Positions 36,767 through 45,032 of a stretch of DNA of 54,073 nucleotides are shown here, piece after piece (within the stretch, counting starts at the first letter, position 1; each line of letters opens with the position of its first letter). The stretch is from Rhodoferax sp. UBA4409 (GTDB lineage Bacteria > Pseudomonadota > Gammaproteobacteria > Burkholderiales > Burkholderiaceae_C). A program made the translations under genes and the position numbers. The DNA lies in contig DGQR01000253.1 of assembly GCA_002390825.1 (NCBI GenBank), positions 1 to 54,073 of the forward strand, read 5' to 3'. Below the pieces are notes generated by a model that was not told where the DNA came from, did no database searches, and saw nothing but the letters and a program-made list of their open reading frames with translations.

Positions 36767-37414
36767 TCAGCGCACGCTCACCCTGAGTTGAACCTCTGTC
36801 CGGGTCACACCATTCTGTAACTGCGCGCCACGCAGGCTCTGCTGGTTGTTCTGCAGGTTTTGCTCGGTCTCTGCCACCGTCATCCATTCGCCCAAGGGCA
36901 GCAGCATGCTGCTGCCGGTGTTGGACTGTGCCGGTGGCGCATTCACTGCCCCAGCTTGGGGAAACAGGGGTCGCAGCGCCTGTTGGGTATTGAGTTCCAC
37001 CTCGACCATATCTCCACCATCCCAGCGCGGTAGCGCACTAAAGCCCGTGCCAGCTTCTATCAGCACGGTCCCTTGGGTGGTCACGATTTGCCCGTTACGC
37101 ACAAAGCTTTGCAGCAAGCGCAATGGCGTTTGTGTTTGCACTGCGATGCGTGCAGGCCGGCCATTCAGGATAAGAATTTGTTGCACCGCCGTCCCGCTGC
37201 TCCGGCCTTGCGCCAGGCCGCCTGTGACCCTGCCGCCTTGCAGGTCTACGCCCGCCTGCTGGCCATCTTCGGTTTGCACCTGCCTCACTTCGAGGAGCAG
37301 ATTGCGCAAGGGCAAGGGAGTTGCATTTGCTCCTGAATTCATAGCTGCTTGCGCATATACAGCGGGCGCCAGGTGCCAAAACAGTGCCAAAGCCAGCCAA
37401 TCTCTGCGGTTCAT
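36767..37414 (-). CDS. Exported hypothetical protein resembling a short secretin-like domain
   Basis: RR-type signal (NRRDWL); QQILILNGRPARI, TGFSALPR and LGEW segments; ATGA-type overlap with the Lrp gene. Confidence 0.7.
   Translation of the reverse strand: MNRRDWLALALFWHLAPAVYAQAAMNSGANATPLPLRNLLLEVRQVQTEDGQQAGVDLQGGRVTGGLAQGRSSGTAVQQILILNGRPARIAVQTQTPLRLLQSFVRNGQIVTTQGTVLIEAGTGFSALPRWDGGDMVEVELNTQQALRPLFPQAGAVNAPPAQSNTGSSMLLPLGEWMTVAETEQNLQNNQQSLRGAQLQNGVTRTEVQLRVSVR
37328..37391 (+). repeat. Dispersed ~60-bp motif, copy 4, in frame in the signal-peptide region of the exported protein
   Basis: TGCTCCTGAATTCATAGC-TGCTTG-CGCA-N10-GCGCCAG. Confidence 0.75.
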
Positions 37415-37920
37415 GGGCGTCCTTTCATGGTGGCGCCTGTGGGCGGCGCTTGTAACTGACTCAAGGGCAGCGCACTGCTGGCCTTGACCTCACCCAGCGA
37501 GAAGCTGGTGTGCAGGTCTTTGACGTTGGGCAGGTTGATCAGCACCTCGCGTGCAAACTGGCTGAAGCTGTTCAGGTCACGGCTCACCACTTGCAGCTCA
37601 AAAGTACCGGTGCCGCTGATGTAGTGGCAGCTGATGACCTCCGGGATCCGCCGTATCGCCTCTTCAAGCTCCTGCAGCACATCGCCGCTGTTGCGGTTGG
37701 CGTCCAGCCGCACAAAGGCCAGCACCCCCAGCCCGATTTTTTGGCGGTTGATTTCCGCCCGGTATCCGGTGATGAAGCCGCTGTCCTCCAGCGCCTTCAC
37801 CCTCCGCCAGCACGGCGCCGCACTCAGGCCCACGCGGGTGGCGAGTTCGGCGTTGCTGAGGCGCCCATCGTTTTGCAGCTCGCTCAGGATGGACAGGTCA
37901 TAACGGTCAAGTGTTTCCAT
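37411..37920 (-). CDS. Lrp/AsnC family transcriptional regulator
   Basis: LDRYDLSILSELQNDGRLSNAELATRVGLSAAPCWRRVKALE; divergent from the oxidoreductase gene. Confidence 0.95.
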   Translation of the reverse strand: METLDRYDLSILSELQNDGRLSNAELATRVGLSAAPCWRRVKALEDSGFITGYRAEINRQKIGLGVLAFVRLDANRNSGDVLQELEEAIRRIPEVISCHYISGTGTFELQVVSRDLNSFSQFAREVLINLPNVKDLHTSFSLGEVKASSALPLSQLQAPPTGATMKGRP

Positions 37921-37936
37921 AAAACGCATTATGGAG

Positions 37937-37951
37937 AAAGAATCGTTCTTT
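37937..37951. promoter_or_regulatory. Palindrome AAAGAA-TCG-TTCTTT, candidate Lrp-type operator
   Basis: 15-bp inverted repeat in the divergent intergenic region. Confidence 0.5.
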
Positions 37952-38038
37952 GAGAGGTGGTTTTCAGGCAAAGAACGCAAACACCTATCTGAGTTGCGGG
38001 CATACACTTTGCCGAACAAAAACACGGAGACAAGCACC

Positions 38039-41000
38039 ATGAATGCACCCCTCAACCGGGACCTGCCCGCGCACATCCGCACGGCGCTGGATTCGGTCAC
38101 TCTCGACGACAAATACGCCCTCGACCACGGCCGCGCTTTCATGAGCGGCGTGCAGGCCCTGGTCAAGCTGCCGATGCTGCAGCGCGTGCGCGACCAGCGC
38201 GCCGGCAAGAACACGGCCGGCTTTATCAGTGGCTACCGCGGCTCGCCCTTGGGCACCTATGATCAGTCGCTGGTCAAGGCAGAAAAATACTTGGAGGCCC
38301 ACCACATCAAGTTCCAGCCGGGGGTGAATGAGGAGCTGGCCGCCACCGCCCTGTGGGGCACGCAGCAACTGGGCTTTGCACCGCCCGGCACTAACAAATA
38401 CGACGGCGTGTTCGGCATCTGGTACGGCAAGGGCCCCGGTGTGGACCGCTGCTCTGACGTTTTCAAGCACGCCAACATGGCCGGCACCACGCCCTGGGGC
38501 GGTGTGATCGCCGTGGCGGGAGATGACCACATCTCCAAAAGCTCCACCGCCGCCCACCAGAGCGACCACATCTTCAAGGCCTGCGGTTTCCCGGTGTTCT
38601 TCCCGGCCAACGTGCAGGAGATTCTGGACCTGGGTCTGCACGCCTTTGCCATGAGCCGTTTTTCCGGCGTGTGGGCGGGCATGAAGACGATTCAGGAAAT
38701 TGTGGAGTCCAGCGCCACCGTCACCATCGACCCCGAGCGCGTCCTCACCCGCATGCCGGCCGACTTTGAGTTGCCACCCGGTGGCCTGCACATCCGCTGG
38801 CCCGACCACGCGTTGGACCAGGAAGCCCGCCTGTTTGATTACAAGTGGTATGCCGCGCTGGCCTACATCCGTGCCAACCGGCTGAACCACAACGTGATTG
38901 AAGGTCCGCACGATCGCTTCGGCATCATTTCGAGCGGCAAGGCGTACAACGACACCCGCCAAGCGTTACTGGACCTAGGGTTGGATGACGACACCTGCCG
39001 CCGCATCGGCATCCGCCTGCACAAGGTGGGCGTGGTGTGGCCGCTGGAGGCGCAACTGACCCGCGAATTCGCCACCGGCTTGCAGGAGATTCTGGTGGTG
39101 GAAGAAAAGCGCCAGGTCATCGAATACCAGCTCAAGGAAGAGCTGTACAACTGGCGCGCGGACGTGCGCCCCACCGTGCTGGGCAAGTTCAACGAGGTAG
39201 AGACGCCAGACCACTATGGCGCCGGTGGCGAGTGGTCCATGCCCAACCCGAGCGCTAATACTTTGCTACGCGCGAATGCGGATTTGTCGCCAGCCATCAT
39301 CGCCCGTGCGATTGCCCAGCGCATCAAAAAGCTGGGGCTGGATGCCGACACCAGCGCCCGTATCGATGCCCAGATGGCAATTCTGGAAGCCAAAGAGCGG
39401 GCTATGCACGTCATTGAGCTGGGTAACTCCGGCGCAGCGGCGGCGGTACGCCAGCCCTGGTTCTGCTCAGGCTGCCCGCACAACACCAGCACACGAGTGC
39501 CGGAAGGTTCGCGTGCGATGGCCGGCATCGGCTGCCATTTCATGACCATCTGGATGGACCGCAGCACCGATGGTTTTACCCAAATGGGCGGCGAGGGCGT
39601 GCCGTGGGTCGGGCAGCAGCCGTTCACCAACGACAAACACATCTTCGCCAACCTGGGCGATGGCACCTACTTCCACAGCGGCTTGCTGGCGATTCGCCAG
39701 AGCATTGCGGCCGGCGTCAACATCACCTACAAAATCCTTTACAACGATGCGGTGGCCATGACCGGCGGCCAGCAGGTGGGTGAGCGGCCGGAAGGGCACT
39801 CGGTGGTGCAGATAGCGCAGAGCATGCGTGCGGAAGGCGCTATCAAAATCATAGTGGTGACGGACGAGCCTGAGAAATACGACGATGTGGATGGACTGCC
39901 CGAGGGTATTGCCATCGAGCACCGCGACGAGCTGGACCGCATCCAGCGCGAGTTCCGCGACATCAAAGGCACTACCGTCATCATTTACGACCAGACCTGC
40001 GCCACCGAAAAGCGCCGCCGCCGCAAGCGCGGCACCATGCTGGACCCCGCCAAGCGGGTTGTCATCAACGAGTTGGTGTGCGAAGGCTGTGGCGACTGCG
40101 GCGTGCAAAGCAACTGCATGAGCGTGGAGCCGCTGGAGACCCCCTTCGGGCGCAAACGCCAGATCAACCAGAGCACTTGCAACAAAGACATCTCTTGCGT
40201 CAAAGGCTTTTGCCCCAGCTTTGTGACGGTGGAAGGCGGCAGCCTGAAGAAGCCGGTCAAGTTACAAACCGATGCCAGCGGCTGGCCGGCGCTGCCGGAC
40301 CCTCAGCTTCCCGACCTCGCAAGGGTGCAAGGCGGCGTGTGGGGCACCATCGTGGCCGGCGTGGGCGGTACGGGCGTGATCACCATCGGGCAACTGCTAG
40401 GCGTGGCAGCCCACCTAGAGGGCAAAGGCATCGTCACCCAGGACGCCGGTGGCTTGGCACAAAAGGGCGGCGCGACTTGGAGCCATGTGTTGATTGGCGC
40501 GTCGCAGGACGCGATCCGCACCACGCGGGTTGGTACGGCGTCTGCAGATTTGGTGTTGGGCTGTGACCCGGTCGTGGTGGCCGGTAAAGAAACGCTGATC
40601 CGCATGCGGCCCGGCCGCACCCATGTGGCACTCAACGCCAACACGGTGCCGACCGCTGGTTTTGTGCGCAACGCTGACTGGGCCAACCCCGGCGACCAGT
40701 GTGTAGCCGACATCACCCGCACGGTGGGTGAGGCGCATGTGGGCTTGTTCGATGCGGATGCCGCCTCCACCAAATTGTTGGGAGACAGCATATACACCAA
40801 CCCCATGATGTTGGGCTACGCGTGGCAAAAGGGCTGGATTCCTCTTGGGTTGGCATCGTTGATGCGTGCCATCGAGCTCAATGCAGTGGCGGTGGGCAAC
40901 AACAAGGCTGCTTTTGAGTGGGGCCGCCGTGCCGCGGTGGATTGGCCTGCGGTTCAGCGGGCCATGTCGCCGGGGCAAGTACTGGCATTTGTTCCCCGCA

Positions 41001-41668
41001 GCAAAGAAACGTTGGATGAACTTATCGAGCGGCGTAGCGAGTTTTTAACGGCTTACCAAAATGCAGCGTACGCAGGTCGTTATGTCGACTTTGTGACCCA
41101 GGTGCGCGCAGCAGAGTCTGGCATCGAGGGGGGCAAGCTGGCATTGACGGAAGCGGTTGCGCGCTATTTGTTCAAGCTGATGGCCTACAAAGACGAGTAC
41201 GAGGTAGCCCGGCTGCACACCGATACCGCATTTCACCGCAAGATCAGCCGGATGTTTGAGGGGGATTTCAAGCTCGCCTACCACTTGGCACCCCCGATCT
41301 GGTCGCGTAAAAACGAGCAGGGCGAGGCCTTGAAGTCCCGGTTTGGCGCCTGGATGGGCTGGGGCTTCCGTCTTTTGGCACCCATGAAAGTGCTCCGGGG
41401 TACCGCACTGGACGTCTTCGGATACACCGAGGAGCGCCGTGAGGAGCGGGCGCTGATTGGCGAATACCGCTCAGCCATCGAAGGAATGTTGCCTGCCTTG
41501 AGCGCATCCAACCGGGATGCCGCGCTGGCGTTCGCCCGTGTGCCCGAGCACATCCGTGGCTATGGCCATGTCAAGGCCCGTCACTTGAAGGCTGCCCGGA
41601 CCCAGTGGGTTGATTTGTTGGCCCGCTACCACGCAAGCCCCGCGACTCAACAGGCCCGAGCCGCCTAG
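38039..41668 (+). CDS. Indolepyruvate ferredoxin oxidoreductase family protein (fused subunits)
   Basis: SGYRGSPLG, NEELAATA, FCSGCPHN, TPP motif GDGTYFHSG...NDAVAMTGGQ, CEGCGDC and GVGGTGV. Confidence 0.95.
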   Translation: MNAPLNRDLPAHIRTALDSVTLDDKYALDHGRAFMSGVQALVKLPMLQRVRDQRAGKNTAGFISGYRGSPLGTYDQSLVKAEKYLEAHHIKFQPGVNEELAATALWGTQQLGFAPPGTNKYDGVFGIWYGKGPGVDRCSDVFKHANMAGTTPWGGVIAVAGDDHISKSSTAAHQSDHIFKACGFPVFFPANVQEILDLGLHAFAMSRFSGVWAGMKTIQEIVESSATVTIDPERVLTRMPADFELPPGGLHIRWPDHALDQEARLFDYKWYAALAYIRANRLNHNVIEGPHDRFGIISSGKAYNDTRQALLDLGLDDDTCRRIGIRLHKVGVVWPLEAQLTREFATGLQEILVVEEKRQVIEYQLKEELYNWRADVRPTVLGKFNEVETPDHYGAGGEWSMPNPSANTLLRANADLSPAIIARAIAQRIKKLGLDADTSARIDAQMAILEAKERAMHVIELGNSGAAAAVRQPWFCSGCPHNTSTRVPEGSRAMAGIGCHFMTIWMDRSTDGFTQMGGEGVPWVGQQPFTNDKHIFANLGDGTYFHSGLLAIRQSIAAGVNITYKILYNDAVAMTGGQQVGERPEGHSVVQIAQSMRAEGAIKIIVVTDEPEKYDDVDGLPEGIAIEHRDELDRIQREFRDIKGTTVIIYDQTCATEKRRRRKRGTMLDPAKRVVINELVCEGCGDCGVQSNCMSVEPLETPFGRKRQINQSTCNKDISCVKGFCPSFVTVEGGSLKKPVKLQTDASGWPALPDPQLPDLARVQGGVWGTIVAGVGGTGVITIGQLLGVAAHLEGKGIVTQDAGGLAQKGGATWSHVLIGASQDAIRTTRVGTASADLVLGCDPVVVAGKETLIRMRPGRTHVALNANTVPTAGFVRNADWANPGDQCVADITRTVGEAHVGLFDADAASTKLLGDSIYTNPMMLGYAWQKGWIPLGLASLMRAIELNAVAVGNNKAAFEWGRRAAVDWPAVQRAMSPGQVLAFVPRSKETLDELIERRSEFLTAYQNAAYAGRYVDFVTQVRAAESGIEGGKLALTEAVARYLFKLMAYKDEYEVARLHTDTAFHRKISRMFEGDFKLAYHLAPPIWSRKNEQGEALKSRFGAWMGWGFRLLAPMKVLRGTALDVFGYTEERREERALIGEYRSAIEGMLPALSASNRDAALAFARVPEHIRGYGHVKARHLKAARTQWVDLLARYHASPATQQARAA

Positions 41669-41674
41669 GGCCTT

Positions 41675-41700
41675 GCCCGCCCATCATGGGCGGGCCTTTT
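41675..41700 (+). terminator. Intrinsic terminator after the oxidoreductase gene
   Basis: GCCCGCCCA-TCA-TGGGCGGGC followed by CTTTT. Confidence 0.7.
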
Positions 41701-41807
41701 CCCCCGCTTACAATGACCGGTTGACTGGTTATCAGCCGGTCGGTTCGCGCGTGGCTGTGCCGCGGGTGGAAAACTATTTGTTCTGATCCCTTTTGTGGAG
41801 TTTGCCT

Positions 41808-42137
41808 GTGTTCATTTCTTCTGCTTTTGCCCAAACTGCTCCTGCTGCCGCTGGCGGTGACATGCAATCCTCTTTGATGAGCATGCTGCCTTTGGTGCTG
41901 ATGTTTGTGGTGCTGTACTTCGTGATGATCCGCCCCCAAATGAAAAAGCAGAAAGAGCACCGCGCCATGATCGACGCCTTGGCCAAGGGTGATGAAGTGG
42001 TAACTGCTGGTGGCGTACTGGGCAAAGTTAGCAAGATGGGTGACAGCTATGTCGGCCTGGAAGTGGCCAGCGGCGTGGAAATCCAAGTGCAGCGCAGCGC
42101 GGTAGTGCAAGTGTTGCCTAAAGGCTCCATCAAGTAA
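41808..42137 (+). CDS. yajC: Preprotein translocase subunit YajC
   Basis: YFVMIRPQ.KKQKEH and GDEVVT.GG; GTG start after GGAG. Confidence 0.96.
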   Translation: MFISSAFAQTAPAAAGGDMQSSLMSMLPLVLMFVVLYFVMIRPQMKKQKEHRAMIDALAKGDEVVTAGGVLGKVSKMGDSYVGLEVASGVEIQVQRSAVVQVLPKGSIK

Positions 42138-42170
42138 GCGGCCGTTTTTAACTGTTAGCGAAGCGCGATC

Positions 42171-44051
42171 ATGAACCGTTATCCGGTGTGGAAGTACGCG
42201 ATCATTCTGGTCGCGCTGGTGGTCAGTGGCTTATATGCCTTGCCCAATCTGTTTGGCGAAGCACCGGCAGTGCAGGTTTCAACGGCCAAGTCGTCGGTGA
42301 AGGTCGATGCCGCCACACTGGCCAAGGTAGAGCAGGCGCTGAAGAGCGCCGGCTTGACGCCCGATGCGGTGGCCTTGGATGGTGCGTCCGTGAAGGCGCG
42401 CTTTGCCGACACGGACACGCAGCTCAAGGCCAAAGATGCGGTTCAAAAAGCGATCAACCCGGACAGTGCGGACCCCTCCTACATCGTTGCGCTCAATTTG
42501 CTGTCACGTTCGCCGGCCTGGCTGACTTCCTTGCGCGCATCGCCGATGTACTTGGGATTGGATTTGCGCGGTGGAGTGCACTTCATGTTGCAGGTCGACA
42601 TGCAGGCAGCGCTCACCAAGCGGGCAGAGTCGCTGTCCGGAGACATTCGCACCATCTTGCGTGAAAAGAACGTGCGCCACAGCGGTATCGCTCGTAACGG
42701 CCAAGCCATCGAGATCCGGTTCCGGGACGCGGCTACCGCTCAGGCAGCCCAGCGCATCATTCAGGATCAGTTCACCGATCTGGATGCAGTGTCTGCCGCT
42801 GATGGGCAGGACGTCAAACTGGTCGCCACGATCAAACAGGTCTCCGGAAAAACCATCCAAGACCAAGCGCTCAAGCAAAACATCACCACCTTGCACAACC
42901 GGATCAACGAGCTGGGTGTTGCAGAACCGGTGATTCAGCAGCAAGGCCTGGACCGCATCGTGGTGCAGTTGCCCGGCGTGCAGGACACGGCCAAGGCCAA
43001 AGACATCCTCGGACGCACCGCAACACTGGAAGTGCGCCTGGTCGATGAAGGCTCCGAAGCCCGTGCGGCAGAAACCGGAACCGGTCCTGTTCCCTTCGGC
43101 TCCGAACGTTACCTGGATCGCGAAGGCATCCCTGTCATCGTAAAGAAGCAAGTGATTCTGACGGGCGAGAACCTGACAGACGCGCAACCCGGATTTGATG
43201 GCCAGACCCAAGAGCCCACCGTGAATTTGTCGCTGGATGCCAAGGGAGCTCGCATTTTCCGTGATGTAACCCGCGAGAACATCAACAAGCGCATGGCGAT
43301 TTTGCTGTTTGAAAAAGGCAAAGGCGAAGTCGTGACCGCACCGGTGATTCGCGCCGAAATCGGTGGCGGGCGTGTTCAGATTTCCGGCCGGATGACGACC
43401 GTCGAAGCGGCAGACACTGCGCTGCTGTTGCGTGCCGGATCTTTGGCGGCTCCGATGGAGATCATCGAGGAGCGCACGATCGGGCCGAGCTTGGGTGCCG
43501 AGAATATTGCCAAGGGTTTCCTGAGCGTGACCTGGGGCTTTGTGGCGGTTGCCATTTTCATGTGCGGCTACTACATGCTGTTTGGCGTGATTTCCAGCTT
43601 GGCACTGGCCTTCAACCTATTGTTGCTGGTGGCGGTGCTCTCCATGCTGCAAGCGACATTGACATTGCCAGGTATGGCGGCGATGGCGCTGGTTCTGGGT
43701 ATGGCAATTGATGCCAACGTGTTGATCAATGAACGCGTGCGGGAAGAGCTACGCAATGGCGCATCTCCCCAAGCCGCGATTCACGCCGGTTATGACCGCG
43801 CATGGGCGACCATCATTGATTCGAACGTAACCACCCTGATCGCCGGTTTGGCATTGTTGGCATTCGGCTCCGGCCCTGTGCGAGGCTTCGCGGTCGTGCA
43901 CTGCTTGGGGATTCTGACCAGCATGTTCTCCGGCGTGTTCTTCTCGCGTGGTTTGGTGAATTTGTGGTACGGTCGTCAGAAGAAGCTGAAAACGGTTTCT
44001 ATTGGGACCGTGTGGCGTCCGGATAGCGGCACCGAAGTCACTACCCCTTAA
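42171..44051 (+). CDS. secD: Protein translocase subunit SecD
   Basis: LGLDLRGG, RINELGVAEP, IGPSLG and DANVLINER. Confidence 0.98.
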   Translation: MNRYPVWKYAIILVALVVSGLYALPNLFGEAPAVQVSTAKSSVKVDAATLAKVEQALKSAGLTPDAVALDGASVKARFADTDTQLKAKDAVQKAINPDSADPSYIVALNLLSRSPAWLTSLRASPMYLGLDLRGGVHFMLQVDMQAALTKRAESLSGDIRTILREKNVRHSGIARNGQAIEIRFRDAATAQAAQRIIQDQFTDLDAVSAADGQDVKLVATIKQVSGKTIQDQALKQNITTLHNRINELGVAEPVIQQQGLDRIVVQLPGVQDTAKAKDILGRTATLEVRLVDEGSEARAAETGTGPVPFGSERYLDREGIPVIVKKQVILTGENLTDAQPGFDGQTQEPTVNLSLDAKGARIFRDVTRENINKRMAILLFEKGKGEVVTAPVIRAEIGGGRVQISGRMTTVEAADTALLLRAGSLAAPMEIIEERTIGPSLGAENIAKGFLSVTWGFVAVAIFMCGYYMLFGVISSLALAFNLLLLVAVLSMLQATLTLPGMAAMALVLGMAIDANVLINERVREELRNGASPQAAIHAGYDRAWATIIDSNVTTLIAGLALLAFGSGPVRGFAVVHCLGILTSMFSGVFFSRGLVNLWYGRQKKLKTVSIGTVWRPDSGTEVTTP

Positions 44052-44060
44052 GGAAAAGTC

Positions 44061-45014
44061 ATGGAATTTTTTAAAATCCGCCGTGACATTCCGTTCATGC
44101 GGAATGCTTTGGTTTTCAATGTAATTTCGTTCGTCACTTTTTTGGCGGCCGTATTTTTTCTGTTCTCCCGCGGTCTGCACCTGTCGGTGGAGTTCACCGG
44201 CGGGACGTTGATGGAGGTGAGCTACTCGCAGCCTGCCAACCTCGACGCTATTCGCACCACAGTGGCAAAGTTGGGAATCAATGATGTGCAGGTCCAAAAC
44301 TTTGGCACTGCACAGGATGTGTTGATCCGGATGCCAGTTCAAAAAGGCAGTACTTCCGGACAGCAAAGCGACATGGTGTTGACTGCGCTGAAGGCGTCTG
44401 ATGCCACCGCAACCTTGCGTCGTACCGAGTTTGTGGGGCCTCAGGTCGGCGATGAACTGGCCGCTGATGGCTTGAAAGCGCTTGCGTTCGTGGTGGTCGG
44501 CATCATGATTTACTTGGCCATCCGTTTTGAGTGGAAGTTCGCCGTTGCGGCCATCATCGCCAACTTGCATGATGTGATCATCATTCTCGGTTTCTTCGCC
44601 TTTTTCCAGTGGGAGTTCTCGCTCCCGGTGCTGGCAGCGGTTTTGGCCGTCTTGGGTTATTCGGTAAACGAGTCGGTTGTGATTTTTGACCGGATCCGAG
44701 AGAATTTCCGGCGCTACCGCAAGATGAACACGGAGCAAATCATTGACAATGCGATTACCTCCACAATCAGTCGAACCATCATCACCCATGGCTCTACCCA
44801 GTTGATGGTGTTGTCGATGTTGATTTTCGGCGGTGCTACGCTTCATTATTTTGCGATGGCGCTCACGATCGGCATCTTGTTTGGCATTTATTCGTCTGTG
44901 TTTGTGGCCGCTTCCATTTCTATGTGGTTAGGTATCCAGCGGGAAGATTTGGTAAAGGGCGGGCCCAAAAAGGATCTCGATCCAAACGACCCGAACGCAG
45001 GGGCGGCAGTTTAG
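44061..45014 (+). CDS. secF: Protein translocase subunit SecF
   Basis: EFTGG, VGPQVG and GYSVNESVVIFDRIRE. Confidence 0.98.
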   Translation: MEFFKIRRDIPFMRNALVFNVISFVTFLAAVFFLFSRGLHLSVEFTGGTLMEVSYSQPANLDAIRTTVAKLGINDVQVQNFGTAQDVLIRMPVQKGSTSGQQSDMVLTALKASDATATLRRTEFVGPQVGDELAADGLKALAFVVVGIMIYLAIRFEWKFAVAAIIANLHDVIIILGFFAFFQWEFSLPVLAAVLAVLGYSVNESVVIFDRIRENFRRYRKMNTEQIIDNAITSTISRTIITHGSTQLMVLSMLIFGGATLHYFAMALTIGILFGIYSSVFVAASISMWLGIQREDLVKGGPKKDLDPNDPNAGAAV

Positions 45015-45032
45015 TAAAAGGACTCTCCCAAC

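Noticed and set aside
37985-38962. Long antisense ORFs (also 43749-44846, 49346-50395, 34480-35304, 20048-20884, 29882-30619)
   Set aside because: They shadow well-supported genes on the opposite strand, as expected in GC-rich DNA, and have no recognisable motifs.
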